Positions 46,543 through 56,487 of a stretch of DNA of 64,000 nucleotides are shown here, piece by piece (position 1 is the stretch's first letter; each line of letters starts with the position of its first letter). The notes under the pieces were generated by a model. That model did no database searches, had not been told where the DNA came from, and was given only the letters and a program-made list of their open reading frames with translations. Both the position numbers and the translations under genes were made by a program. Source of the DNA: an uncultured Actinomycetes bacterium (GTDB lineage: Bacteria > Actinomycetota > Thermoleophilia > Gaiellales > JALYLC01); NCBI GenBank assembly GCA_963705965.1, contig CAVPLI010000002.1, forward strand, positions 66,500-130,499, written 5' to 3'.

Positions 46543-47893
46543 GGGGCTGCTCGCCGGCCTGCAGCGCCGTCCGCACCGCCAGCGCCGCTTCCTGCCCGCT
46601 CGAGATCGCGGTGTCGGTGTAGACGCCGCCGAGATAGTCGCCGGCCAGATGCACGCGCCCGAGCGGGCGCTCGAGCGCGGGTTGCAGGGCCGAGCGGCCG
46701 GGCGCGGCGTACGGCAGCATGCGCGGCAGCTTCAGCATCATCGTCTCGCTGACGATCCCGCGCGCCTCCGGGTAGATCGCGTAGAGATCGTCGAGGAATG
46801 CCTGCTCGACCACCGCGTCGGGCTGGTCGAACATGGTGAGCGCCGCGTGGCCTGCGCGGTAGACCATGAGGCTGCCGCCGGGCGCGCGCACCGGACTCCG
46901 GGGACGCAGGACGTTGACGGTGTTGAAGAGCATGTTGAACGAGCGCTTCGGGGTGGCGAGCGCGTAGAGGTCGTCCCACGGCATCGGCCCGGTTTCGTTC
47001 GTCAGCATCGCCATGACGACGGTCGGGCCGTAGGGGATCGCGTTGAGCGCGCTGCTCGTGTCGGCGGGCAGGTCGCGGATCAGGCGCGCGGCATCGAACG
47101 CCTTCGTGGCGACGACCGCGTGCCGGGCGAGCAGTTCGCGCTCCGTGCCCGCCGCCCGGTAGCGCACGCGCACGAGCTCGGCCTCGGGGATGACCTCGAG
47201 CACCTCGGCGTCGTTGACGACGCGCCCGGCGAGCTCGGCGGCGATGCCGTCGATCAGCGCGCCGGCGCCGCCGACGATGTTGCGCGAGAGACCCCCGCCC
47301 GCGCTCCACACGAGCGCGAAGTACCCGGTGCCCGCGCCCGCGGTGATCTCCTCGGGCTCGGCCGTCGACCGCGTCACGGTGGCACGGAACATCAGGTCGG
47401 CGTCGCCCGGCAGGTCTCCCAGCCATTGCGAGAACGTCTGGTCGTCACCGTGCGCGAGCAGTCGCCGGCGCGTCACGACCGGCGACTCGCCCGGCCGCGG
47501 CTTCGCCACCCGCTCGTAGCGCGCGACCGCGACGCGCAGGCGCGCTCCTGCGCGCGTGAGCGCCACTCGCTCGGCAGGCCGGAGCGGGAGGCGCAGCGGA
47601 TACAGCTCGGGCCGGCCTCCCACGAGGAGCTTGCCGTTGAGCTCGAGCGCGACGAGGTGGCCGGGCACCGGCATCGACTCCACGCCGACGTCGGCGACGA
47701 GCCGCCCGGTCGCCGAGCCGGGTCCGCTGAAGACGTGGGCGCCGAGGTTCAGCCAGTACGGCGCGCGCGGCTCGCTGCGGATGCGGCCGCCGAGGCGGTT
47801 CGTGCTCTCGAGCACGACGACATCGCGGTTGCGCAGATCCCAGGCCGCGGAGAGGCCGGCGATGCCGCCTCCGATCACGACCACGTCGCGCAC
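46535..47893 (-). CDS. FAD-dependent oxidoreductase (amine oxidase/protoporphyrinogen oxidase-like)
   Basis: N-terminal VVVIGGGIAGLSAA dinucleotide-binding motif followed by LESTNRLGGRI. Confidence 0.85.
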   Translation of the reverse strand: MRDVVVIGGGIAGLSAAWDLRNRDVVVLESTNRLGGRIRSEPRAPYWLNLGAHVFSGPGSATGRLVADVGVESMPVPGHLVALELNGKLLVGGRPELYPLRLPLRPAERVALTRAGARLRVAVARYERVAKPRPGESPVVTRRRLLAHGDDQTFSQWLGDLPGDADLMFRATVTRSTAEPEEITAGAGTGYFALVWSAGGGLSRNIVGGAGALIDGIAAELAGRVVNDAEVLEVIPEAELVRVRYRAAGTERELLARHAVVATKAFDAARLIRDLPADTSSALNAIPYGPTVVMAMLTNETGPMPWDDLYALATPKRSFNMLFNTVNVLRPRSPVRAPGGSLMVYRAGHAALTMFDQPDAVVEQAFLDDLYAIYPEARGIVSETMMLKLPRMLPYAAPGRSALQPALERPLGRVHLAGDYLGGVYTDTAISSGQEAALAVRTALQAGEQPRV

Positions 47894-47966
47894 GGGCTCG
47901 CTGCTGGGGGCGTCGTCGGGCAGGCAGCCGAGTCTATCGACAGCGTCCGTTGTCTACCTTGCGGCA

Positions 47967-49079
47967 ATGGCGACGCCGCCCGACCCGACCCCGCAGGAGG
48001 AGTTGCTGCAGCGGCGCCTCACGCGCGCACGGGTTGCGCTGGGTGCGCTCGGCATGCTCGTGGCGGTCTGCGCGATCGGCGTGGGCTTCACGATCTGGTA
48101 CTGGATCTCGTATCTCCGCGGCCCGGGGGACACCCCGTTCACGCGCGGTCCGTACCTCCTGCGCGTGACCGCGAGCGAGGCCGAGCTGCGCTGGAGCACG
48201 CGCGGGGACAAGCCCGTGCGCGTGACCGCGCTCGACCCGAACGGCCGGGCCGTGCGCGTCGAGGGCGGCGTCCTGCACGGCCTGCAGCCCGACAACCTCT
48301 ACACGTGGGTCGCCACCGTGGACGGCACCGGCGAGGCCGGCGGCTCGTTCACGACGCCGCCCGCGGCGCTCGATCGCTCGGTGCGCTTCGCCGTGCTCGC
48401 CGACTACGGCTCGGGCGACGACGACGAGTGGGCGGTCGGCCGCCTGCTCGCGGCCCAGCGGCCCGACTTCGCGGTGACCGCCGGCGACAACTCGTATCTC
48501 GTCGCCGCGGAGGTGCTGCTCGACCGCAACATCTTCCGTCCGCTCGGCGAGCTGATGCGGAACGCGCCGATGTACGTCTGCCTCGGCGACCACGACAAGT
48601 TCTTCCCCGGCCCCGGGGCCATCAGCAAGGCGTTCGACCTCCCTCCCGACGGCGGGCGCTTCACCGTCAACCACGGTCCGGTCCAGGTCGTCGTGCTCGG
48701 CGACGAGCCCAACGAGCCCGAGGCCATCGCGTTCGCGCGCAGAGAGCTGAAGGTCGAGGGTCCGGCTGTCCGCTTCGTCGCCTGCCACCGTCCCCTGCAG
48801 GTCGGCGATCCGATCCTGCCGCTGCTGCGGGAGACCGGCGCGACGGTCTTCTCGGGGCACCTCCACCGCTACGAGCGCCGGACCGTCGAGGACGTGCAGA
48901 CGTTCACGGTCGGGACGGGCGGCCAGGGCCCCGGCTCGCTCGACCACACCAAGCCGACGCCCGGAGCCGATGTGACGCTGCTCGATATCGGCGCGCTGCT
49001 CGTCGACGTGCGCGCGGACGGCGTCGGCTACACGTATCTCGACAAGCGCGGGCGCGTGCTCGACCACGTCGTGATCTGA
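47967..49079 (+). CDS. membrane-anchored metallophosphoesterase (purple-acid-phosphatase-like)
   Basis: N-terminal TM helix followed by GDNSY, GDHD and GHLHRYER metallophosphatase motifs. Start set at ATG 47967. Confidence 0.8.
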   Translation: MATPPDPTPQEELLQRRLTRARVALGALGMLVAVCAIGVGFTIWYWISYLRGPGDTPFTRGPYLLRVTASEAELRWSTRGDKPVRVTALDPNGRAVRVEGGVLHGLQPDNLYTWVATVDGTGEAGGSFTTPPAALDRSVRFAVLADYGSGDDDEWAVGRLLAAQRPDFAVTAGDNSYLVAAEVLLDRNIFRPLGELMRNAPMYVCLGDHDKFFPGPGAISKAFDLPPDGGRFTVNHGPVQVVVLGDEPNEPEAIAFARRELKVEGPAVRFVACHRPLQVGDPILPLLRETGATVFSGHLHRYERRTVEDVQTFTVGTGGQGPGSLDHTKPTPGADVTLLDIGALLVDVRADGVGYTYLDKRGRVLDHVVI

Positions 49080-49082
49080 GCC

Positions 49083-49403
49083 GTGCGGATCCTGCTGGCA
49101 GTGCTGCTCGCCGCCGGCCTGGCCGGGCTGATCCTCGTGCCCATGCCCGCGTCCTTCCTCGTCGCCGTGCTCTTCGCGCTGCCCGCATTCCTGCTCGGCG
49201 CGGCCAAGCTCGCGATCGACCTGATCGAGCTGGTCCGGGCCGATCTCATCGCCGATGCGGCCCTGCTCGTCGCGCTCGGGGCCCTTTTCGTCTCGTTCTC
49301 GATGGGCAACCGCGTGGTCATCGGCGCCCTGCTCGCCGCGGCGCTCGCGACACAAGTGGTGCGCCTCGCGAGCACGCGTCGCGCGCGCCCGCGCGCGGCC
49401 TGA
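49083..49403 (+). CDS. small hydrophobic membrane protein (106 aa)
   Basis: Three predicted helices. It starts 4 nt after the upstream stop. Confidence 0.55.
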   Translation: MRILLAVLLAAGLAGLILVPMPASFLVAVLFALPAFLLGAAKLAIDLIELVRADLIADAALLVALGALFVSFSMGNRVVIGALLAAALATQVVRLASTRRARPRAA

Positions 49404-49438
49404 ATCTCACACCGCCCCTCTGCGCGTAGGATGGCGCG

Positions 49439-50188
49439 GTGTCTGCATCGCTGGATATCGCCACGGACGCGGGGCTCCGCCTCGCACGCGTCGAGCTCGC
49501 GGCCGCGCTGCGCGCTGCGGCCCTCTACGGCTTCAACGAGGGCATCGACAACCACTTCAGCCTCGTCGTCCCCGGCCGCGACGACTGCTTCCTGCTCAAT
49601 CCCTACGGCCCGCACTGGTCCGAGATGCGAGCGAGCGACCTGCTCACGATCGGCCTCGGCGGTGAGCGCCTGGCGGGCGAGGGCGAGCTCGACACGACGG
49701 CGTTCACGATCCACCTCGGCGCCCATCGCGCCCGGCCGGACGCCGCCTGCGTCCTGCACACGCACATGCCGTACGCCACCGCGCTCGCGATGACGGAGGG
49801 CGGGTTCGACACGCGCGCGAGCCAGAACGCCATGTACTTCCACGGCCGCGTCGCACGCCTCTCCTACGGCGGCCTCGCCGAGGCGGAGGAGGAGGGCGCG
49901 CGCATCGCGACGGCGCTCGCCGACGGCATCACCGTGATCCTGATGGACAACCACGGAGTGCTCATCGTGGGGGACTCGGTGGCCGACGCGTGGCATCAGC
50001 TCTACTTCCTCGAGCGCGCCTGCGAGGTGCAGGTGCTCGCGCAGTCGACGGGCTCGCCGCTGCTGCGCGTGCCCGAGGACGTTGCCGAGCACACGGCAGC
50101 GCAGTTCCGGCGCGTGGGCGGTCAGCCCGAGTTGTTCGCCGCGGTGCGACGCGAGCTCGATCGCGTCAATCCCGGCTACGAGCGTTGA
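49439..50188 (+). CDS. class II aldolase/adducin-family protein
   Basis: HTHMPYATALA and NHGVLIVGDSVADAW blocks. Confidence 0.88.
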   Translation: MSASLDIATDAGLRLARVELAAALRAAALYGFNEGIDNHFSLVVPGRDDCFLLNPYGPHWSEMRASDLLTIGLGGERLAGEGELDTTAFTIHLGAHRARPDAACVLHTHMPYATALAMTEGGFDTRASQNAMYFHGRVARLSYGGLAEAEEEGARIATALADGITVILMDNHGVLIVGDSVADAWHQLYFLERACEVQVLAQSTGSPLLRVPEDVAEHTAAQFRRVGGQPELFAAVRRELDRVNPGYER

Positions 50189-51540
50189 CGCACGACCTCG
50201 TCGTTCGCGGCGGGCTCGTCATCGGCGCGCACGGCCAGGAGGCGTGCGACGTCGCGGTGGACGGCGAGCACATCGCCGCGCTCGGGAGCGCCCTGCGCGG
50301 GCGCCGCGAGATCGACGCGCGCGGCCTCTACGTGCTCCCCGGCGCGATCGACGGCCACGTGCACATGCGCACGGAGCGGCCGCGCTGGGTCTACGACGAC
50401 ACGTTCGCGACCGGGTCCGTGGCCGCGGCGTTCGGGGGCGTGACGACGTTCATCGACCAGGCCCAGGTCGAGCCGGGGACGGCGCTCGTCGACGGTCTCG
50501 AGGCGCGCATCGCGGAGGCGTCTGGCGAGTGCGTCGTCGACTACGGCATCCACGTGAACCTGCGTGAGGCCAGTCCGGAGCGGATCGCAGAGATCCCGCA
50601 GATCGTCGAGCGCGGCTGCCCGAGCCTCAAGATGTTCATGGCGTACGAGGACTTCCGGTTGCCCGACGCGGCGATCTTCGCGGCGATGGGCGAGCTCGCA
50701 CGGGTGGGCGGGACGGCGATCGTCCATGCCGAGAACCAGGACCTGATCGACGAGCTCGGCTCGCAGTTCGAGGCGGAGGGCCACGCCGGCCGCCGCTGGG
50801 AGGCGCGCGCCCACCACGCGGCGTTCGAGGGCGAGGCGGTGCACCGCGCACTCGCGATGGCGCGCGTGGCCGGGGTGCCCGTGCTCGTGTACCACCTGAG
50901 CGCGGCCGACGCGGTGCGCGAGCTGGACGCCGCGCGGGCGCGCGGCCAGGAGGTCTACGGCGAGGCATGCCTGCCCTACCTGCTGCTCGACGAGGCCGCC
51001 TACGACGAGCCAGTGTCCGGCCCGGCGCTGCCCGTCGGCCCGCCGTTGCGGGATTCCTCGCATCGCGATGCGCTGTGGGACGCGCTCGGGCGCGGCGCGA
51101 TCGACATCGTCTCGACCGACCACGGCCCGCGCCGCAGCATCCGCGGCGACGACGGCGAGCGCGTGATTCCGGCCGGGACGAGCGGCCTGGAGGTGCGACT
51201 CGCACTCGTGCACGCCTACGGCGTGCGCACCGGCGGCCTTTCGCTGCAGCGCTTCGTCGATGCCTGTTGCACGCGGCCCGCCGAGCTGTTCGGATTGGCG
51301 CGCAAGGGCCGGCTCGAGGCCGGGTACGACGCCGACATCGTGATCTTCGACCCCGAGCGCCGCGTCACCCTCGCCGCCGCCGACCTGCACTCGGACATCG
51401 ACCACTCGACCTACGAGGGCTGGGTCTGCGAGGGCGCGCCGGTCACGACGATCGTGCGCGGCGAGATCGTCGTCGCCGACGGGAAGCTGCAGGTCGAGGC
51501 CGGTCACGGGCACTTCGTCGAACGGGAGGCACGCCGATGA
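50185..51540 (+). CDS. cyclic amidohydrolase (dihydropyrimidinase/hydantoinase-like)
   Basis: TTG 50185 (TTGA overlap). PGAIDGHVHM, KMFMAY, VHAEN and STDHGP metal-binding blocks. Confidence 0.88.
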   Translation: MTHDLVVRGGLVIGAHGQEACDVAVDGEHIAALGSALRGRREIDARGLYVLPGAIDGHVHMRTERPRWVYDDTFATGSVAAAFGGVTTFIDQAQVEPGTALVDGLEARIAEASGECVVDYGIHVNLREASPERIAEIPQIVERGCPSLKMFMAYEDFRLPDAAIFAAMGELARVGGTAIVHAENQDLIDELGSQFEAEGHAGRRWEARAHHAAFEGEAVHRALAMARVAGVPVLVYHLSAADAVRELDAARARGQEVYGEACLPYLLLDEAAYDEPVSGPALPVGPPLRDSSHRDALWDALGRGAIDIVSTDHGPRRSIRGDDGERVIPAGTSGLEVRLALVHAYGVRTGGLSLQRFVDACCTRPAELFGLARKGRLEAGYDADIVIFDPERRVTLAAADLHSDIDHSTYEGWVCEGAPVTTIVRGEIVVADGKLQVEAGHGHFVEREARR

Positions 51541-52268
51541 TCCGCACCGTCGTCGTCAGCGACTACGACGCCCTGAGCCAGGCGGCGGCCGACTCGATCG
51601 CCGCGACGCTGGCGCGCAAGCCCGATGCGCTGCTGCTGCTCGCGACCGGGGACACGCCGATGGGCGCCTATCGCGAGCTGGCCGAGCGGCGCCTGCGCGG
51701 CGAGCTCGACACGTCGCAGCTGCGCGCGGCGCAGCTCGACGAGTACGCCGGTCTGGGCGGCCCGGACGACCGGCGGTCGCTCTACGGCTGGATGGAGCGC
51801 TCGTTCCTCGAGCCGCTCGGGGTGACGGCGGAGCGCACGATCCGGCTCGACTCCTCGCTCCCGCCCGACGTGGCGTGCCGCGAGTACGACGCTGCCGTCG
51901 CAGCTGCCGGCGGATTCGAGCTCGCCGTGCTCGGCCTCGGCCCGAATGGCCACCTCGGCTTCAACGAGCCGCCGATCGAGCGCGGCGCGCCCACGCGCCT
52001 CGTACCGCTGACGCCGGCGAGCATCCGCAGCAACGCCCGCTACTGGGGCGACGAGGACGACGTCCCGCGCGAGGCGCTGACCTGCGGCATGGCGACGCTG
52101 CTCGAGGCGCGCCAGATCCTGCTCGTCGTCTCGGGCCCGCACAAGCGCGAGATCCTGCGCCGCACGCTGACGCCGCCGCCCACGCCCGACGTCCCTGCGT
52201 CGTGGCTGCAGCAGGCCTCGGGCGACGTCGTCGTCCTCGCCGATCACGACGCCTGCCCCGAGGGCTAG
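51537..52268 (+). CDS. glucosamine-6-phosphate deaminase/6-phosphogluconolactonase-family protein
   Basis: ATGA overlap with the upstream stop. LLLATGDTPMGAY and LGLGPNGHLGFNEP are NagB-type motifs. Confidence 0.85.
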   Translation: MIRTVVVSDYDALSQAAADSIAATLARKPDALLLLATGDTPMGAYRELAERRLRGELDTSQLRAAQLDEYAGLGGPDDRRSLYGWMERSFLEPLGVTAERTIRLDSSLPPDVACREYDAAVAAAGGFELAVLGLGPNGHLGFNEPPIERGAPTRLVPLTPASIRSNARYWGDEDDVPREALTCGMATLLEARQILLVVSGPHKREILRRTLTPPPTPDVPASWLQQASGDVVVLADHDACPEG

Positions 52269-52293
52269 CAGTCCACTCCGATATCGTCGCGCG

Positions 52294-53870
52294 GTGATCG
52301 AGGCGAGCACCAGCGAGGCAGGTTCCCGGCTCGATCGCGACTTCACGATCAGCCTCTGGGCAGAGGTTCCGCGCGACCGCGCAGGCGCTGCCGGCGGCCT
52401 CGCGGCGAAGTTCGATCCGGTCTCGCGCACCGGCTTCAATCTCAGTGCGATCTCGAGCGCCGGCGGCTACAACGGGCCGGGCGACGAGCTCCGCGTCTCG
52501 TTCGGGATCGACGCCGGCAGCGAGCCGCGCTGGTTCGACCGCGGACGGCCGTCACCGACCTCGAACTACGTGAGCAACTCGCTCACGGTCTTCGACGGCT
52601 CGCTCTTCGCGGCGACCTCGGACGCGCCCGACGAGGCGGATCGCGGTCATGTGTACCGGCTCCTCGGCGAGACCGCCTGGGAGGATCTCGGCCGGGTCGG
52701 GCGCGAGGGCGCGCACGGCGCGGGCCCGCTGATCGTGCATCGCGATGCGCTCTACGCGGCGACCTGGAACTACGACTGGACCCGCGTCCACGACCAGGAT
52801 CTCGAGCCCTGTCGCGTCTACCGCTACGACGGTCCGGGTCGCTGGGAGGACTGCGGCCAGCCGGGGCGCTCGCGGCGGATCTTCAGTCTCGCCTCCTACC
52901 GCGGCGACCTGCTGGCGTTCGGTGACGACTCGACCGTCCACGGCATCGCGGCGGGACGGCGTGGGAGCAGGTGACGGCCTTCGACACCTTCGCGCATCCG
53001 GTCACGGTGCACGACGGACGGCTCGTGCTCGGGATGCTCCAGCCCGCGACCGTGCGCTCGTTCGACGGCGGCGACTGGCGCGATCTCGGCAATCCGATCG
53101 GCGATCCGGAGCGCTGCGACGAGATCCACACGCTCGTCACGTTCCGCGGCGCGCTCCACGCGGGCACGTGGCCGCTCGGCCGCGTCGCCCGCTGGGACGC
53201 GGATCGCGGTCGCTGGCGGCAGGCCGGGCGGCTCGGCGACAGCACGGAGGTCATGGCGCTGAACGTCTACAACGGCAAGCTCTACGGCGCCGCGATCCCG
53301 CGCGCCGAGGTCTTCCGCTACGAGCGCGACGGCTCGTGGAGCAGCCTCCGCCGCCTCTTCGCGCCAAGCGGCTGGCGGCCGGTGCTGGTGCGGAACATGA
53401 GCAGGCCGCCGAACGGCGACCGCCGCATGCGCGAATGGACGCGCGTCACCAGCCTCACCCAGCACGACGGCCTGCTGTTCGCGTCGGTCGGCAGCTGCAC
53501 GAGCGCGGCGGTCGACGCGCCGGCGGACGTCCGCGGAACGGTGCATGCCGTCGCCGCCGGCGTCGTCGCGACTACCCCGCGAACGCTGGAGCCGGGTCGG
53601 CGCCACATCGCCGCCGTGCGGCGGGCGGGCGCGCTGGTGATCTACGTGGACGGGCGCGAGGCGGCCACGGCGAACGGCGCCGTCACCGGATCGCTCGCGA
53701 CCCCCGCTCCGCTTCGCATCGGCGAGGACGAGGCCGGCCGCTACGCGGGTGCCATCGACGGCTTCCGGACCTTCGATCGCGCGCTCGACGCACGCGAGAT
53801 CAGCGCTCTGGCGGCGGATGACACGCCGCGCCCCACAATGTCCGGGCACTACGAGGAGGCAGCGACATGA
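52294..53870 (+). pseudogene. LamG/concanavalin-like jelly-roll protein with internal beta-propeller-like repeats, probably split by a -1 frame change
   Basis: ORFs 52294-52974 and 52971-53870 carry the same repeat (V[YF]RY..G.W[ER][DQ].G ... G.LYA). The repeat register continues across the junction only if ...TVHGIAAG joins TAWEQVTAF..., which implies one missing base near 52954. The C-terminus is LamG-like (LVIYVDG...LRIGED...GAIDGFRTFDRAL). Confidence 0.6.
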
Positions 53871-54889
53871 AGCGATGGAGAGTCGGGATGGTCGGGTACG
53901 GCTGGGCCGCAGGTGCGCACATCGGCGCGCTCGAACTCATCGACCGCTTCGAGGTCGCGGCGGTCTGCACGTCCCGCGAGGACATCGACGCGGCCGGGCT
54001 CGAGCGCGCGCACGGGCACCCGATCGAGCTCGTCCGCGACTTCGACGAGCTGATCGCCCGGCCGGACATCGACGTCATCGACCTCTGCAGCCGCAGCAAC
54101 CTGCATGCGAGCCAGGCGATCGCCGCCGCGCGCGCCGGCAAGCACCTGATCATCGAGAAGCCGATCGCGCTCGACCTCGAGGGCATGCGCGGCGTCGAGG
54201 CGGCCGTCTCAGAGGCCGGGGTGCGCACGTGCGTCTGCCTCCAGGTGCGCTTCTCGCCGCAGTTCACGATGACGAGGAGCCTGGTCGGCGGAGGACTGAT
54301 CGGCGAGCTGCACTACGCCGAGGTCGACTACTTCCACAACATCGGCCCCGAGGTCAGCCAGTACGAGTGGAACCTGCGCAAGGACGGTGGCGGCAGCAGC
54401 CTGCTCACCGCGGGCTGCCACGCACTCGACGGGCTGATGATGTTCATGGACTCCGAGGTCACGGAGGTGACGAGCTACGCGACCTCGTCGCCGCACCCGA
54501 ACTTCTCGCGCTACGAGTACCCGACGTCGTCGGTGACGATCCTGCGCTTCGCGAACGGCGCGCTCGGCAAGGTGGCCTCGATCGTCGACTCCCACCAGCC
54601 GTACTACCTGCGAGTCCACCTCGTCGGCAGCGAGGGGACGATCCTGGACGGCAAGCTCTGGTCGAAGGCCATCGCCGGCCTCGACCCCGACCGCTGGACG
54701 GAGCTCGGCGTCCAGCTCGAGAGCCTGATGGTCGTGGACGAGCCGTATCTCCTGCAGTTCCAGGAGCTCGCCGACGCGCTCGACGGCGACCGCGAGATGG
54801 CGCTCACGAGCCTCGCGGACGCCGTTCGCACGTTCGAGGTGGTGTTCGCGGCCGACCGATCGGCGGAGCTCGGCCGGCCGGTCCGATGA
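53867..54889 (+). CDS. Gfo/Idh/MocA-family oxidoreductase
   Basis: VGMVGYGWAAGAH Rossmann start and EKP motif (HLIIEKPIAL). ATGA overlap with the upstream stop. Confidence 0.88.
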   Translation: MKRWRVGMVGYGWAAGAHIGALELIDRFEVAAVCTSREDIDAAGLERAHGHPIELVRDFDELIARPDIDVIDLCSRSNLHASQAIAAARAGKHLIIEKPIALDLEGMRGVEAAVSEAGVRTCVCLQVRFSPQFTMTRSLVGGGLIGELHYAEVDYFHNIGPEVSQYEWNLRKDGGGSSLLTAGCHALDGLMMFMDSEVTEVTSYATSSPHPNFSRYEYPTSSVTILRFANGALGKVASIVDSHQPYYLRVHLVGSEGTILDGKLWSKAIAGLDPDRWTELGVQLESLMVVDEPYLLQFQELADALDGDREMALTSLADAVRTFEVVFAADRSAELGRPVR

Positions 54890-55103
54890 GCGAGATATCG
54901 GCGTGAGCGCCTTCCCGCAGGCCCTCGTGGGCGGCCACCGTTTGCGATGGCTCGGCGTTCAGGCCATACTCGCGTCCGTGGCCGTCTTCGACCCGGCCGA
55001 TCGGCCGCTGGAGATGCCCTCGAAGGCCCACCGATGAGACCCCCTAACCGTTTCCGGACGACGCTCGTCCGAGGACCGTGAGACCCACCCAAGAGGAGGC
55101 ACC

Positions 55104-56483
55104 ATGAGGAAACTCGTGCTCGGGGCGATGGCGCTTTGCGTTGCGCTCACGGCTGCGACGCTCACCGGCCCGGCGTTCGCGCGCACGTCCGGCGTGAACT
55201 CGCCGACGGCGACGCCGCCAAAGACGAGCGGGTTCCAGTCGCTCGGCCCAGTGGAGCTCAACGTCTGGACGTACGACAACCAGAAGCCGGGCCTGCAGGA
55301 CGTCATCGAGCAGATGACCGCGAACTTCGAGAAGAGGTACCCGAACGTCAAGATCAATCTCAAGTTCATGGACTTCAACTCGCTCGTGAACACGGTCAAC
55401 CGCGCGCTCGATTCGAACAACGGCCCTGACATCACCGAGGGCAACCAGGGCTACCAGACCGACGCGCTGCAGGTGAAGGCCAAGTTGATCCTGCCGCTCG
55501 ACAAGTACGTCAAGGCCTACGGCTGGAACAAGTGGTGGGGCCCGTCGACCTGGCAGATCTTCCAGTGGACGCCCGACGGCAAGACCTTCGGCAAGGGCCC
55601 GAAGTGGGGCGTCGCCCAGACCGGCCAGAACGTCGTGCTCTACGTGAACACGAAGAAGCTGGCCGACGCCGGCATCAAGCTCGCCTCGCTGACGAACTTC
55701 GCGACCTTCGACAAGGCGCTCACGACGCTGCGCGGCAAGCTGCCGAAGAGCGAGCCCGTGATCCAGTTCGGCAACAAGGAGGGCTACGGCACGATTCACT
55801 TCCTCGGTGGCATCCAGGGCGCCTACGGCAGGGCGCAGCCCACCCGCAACTGGATCTACCACGTGCCGGGCTCGACGTTCGAGACGGCGCAGAACACGAA
55901 GGCCCTTCAGAAGATGGCCGACTGGGCGAAGGCCGGGATCTTCAACTCCGACTACAACGCCATCGGCTACGACGACGCCGCGAAGCAGTTCGCGAAGGGC
56001 AGGGGCGTCTTCCTCTACGAGGGCAACTGGGAGACCGCCGTCGTCGAGGCCGGCCTCGGCAAGAACGTCTCGATCATCAACATGCCGCCCGGCCCGAGCG
56101 GGAAGCACGTGGGCATCGGGGCGACCTCGGGGCCGTGGCACATCTCGGCCAAGACGAAGTACCCGGACGTCGCGGCCGCGTGGCTGAACTACATCATCGG
56201 CTCGGCTCCGGCCAAGGCCGCGATGTTCAAGTACACGCAGATCCCGGCGGTCGCGGGTGCCAAGCCGCCCGCCAGCAACCGGCTGCTCGCTCAGGCGACC
56301 AGGGCGTTCCAGCAGGTCAGCAAGGACGCCGGCCTGATGCTCTATACGGACTGGGCCTCGACGAGCATGTACGACACGCTCGCGAAGGAGTTCCAGCTCG
56401 TGGTGGCGGGGAAGAAGTCCCCGGCGGACGCAGCCAAGGCGATCCAGGCCGACTGGACCAAGTTCGACGCCACGCTCAAGTAG
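55104..56483 (+). CDS. sugar ABC transporter substrate-binding protein (family 1)
   Basis: AAGAGGAGG RBS and a signal peptide (MRKLVLGAMALCVALTAATLTGPAFA). 459 aa, with the overall sequence character of family-1 solute-binding proteins. Confidence 0.9.
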   Translation: MRKLVLGAMALCVALTAATLTGPAFARTSGVNSPTATPPKTSGFQSLGPVELNVWTYDNQKPGLQDVIEQMTANFEKRYPNVKINLKFMDFNSLVNTVNRALDSNNGPDITEGNQGYQTDALQVKAKLILPLDKYVKAYGWNKWWGPSTWQIFQWTPDGKTFGKGPKWGVAQTGQNVVLYVNTKKLADAGIKLASLTNFATFDKALTTLRGKLPKSEPVIQFGNKEGYGTIHFLGGIQGAYGRAQPTRNWIYHVPGSTFETAQNTKALQKMADWAKAGIFNSDYNAIGYDDAAKQFAKGRGVFLYEGNWETAVVEAGLGKNVSIINMPPGPSGKHVGIGATSGPWHISAKTKYPDVAAAWLNYIIGSAPAKAAMFKYTQIPAVAGAKPPASNRLLAQATRAFQQVSKDAGLMLYTDWASTSMYDTLAKEFQLVVAGKKSPADAAKAIQADWTKFDATLK

Positions 56484-56487
56484 CGCG

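Noticed and set aside
52971-52974. The GTGA overlap at 52971 read as two independent, translationally coupled genes (52294-52974 and 52971-53870).
   Set aside because: Not fully excluded, but the internal repeat motif continues in register across the boundary only in a fused reading. The second ORF would also begin in the middle of a repeat. I report it as a probable -1 disruption with moderate confidence.
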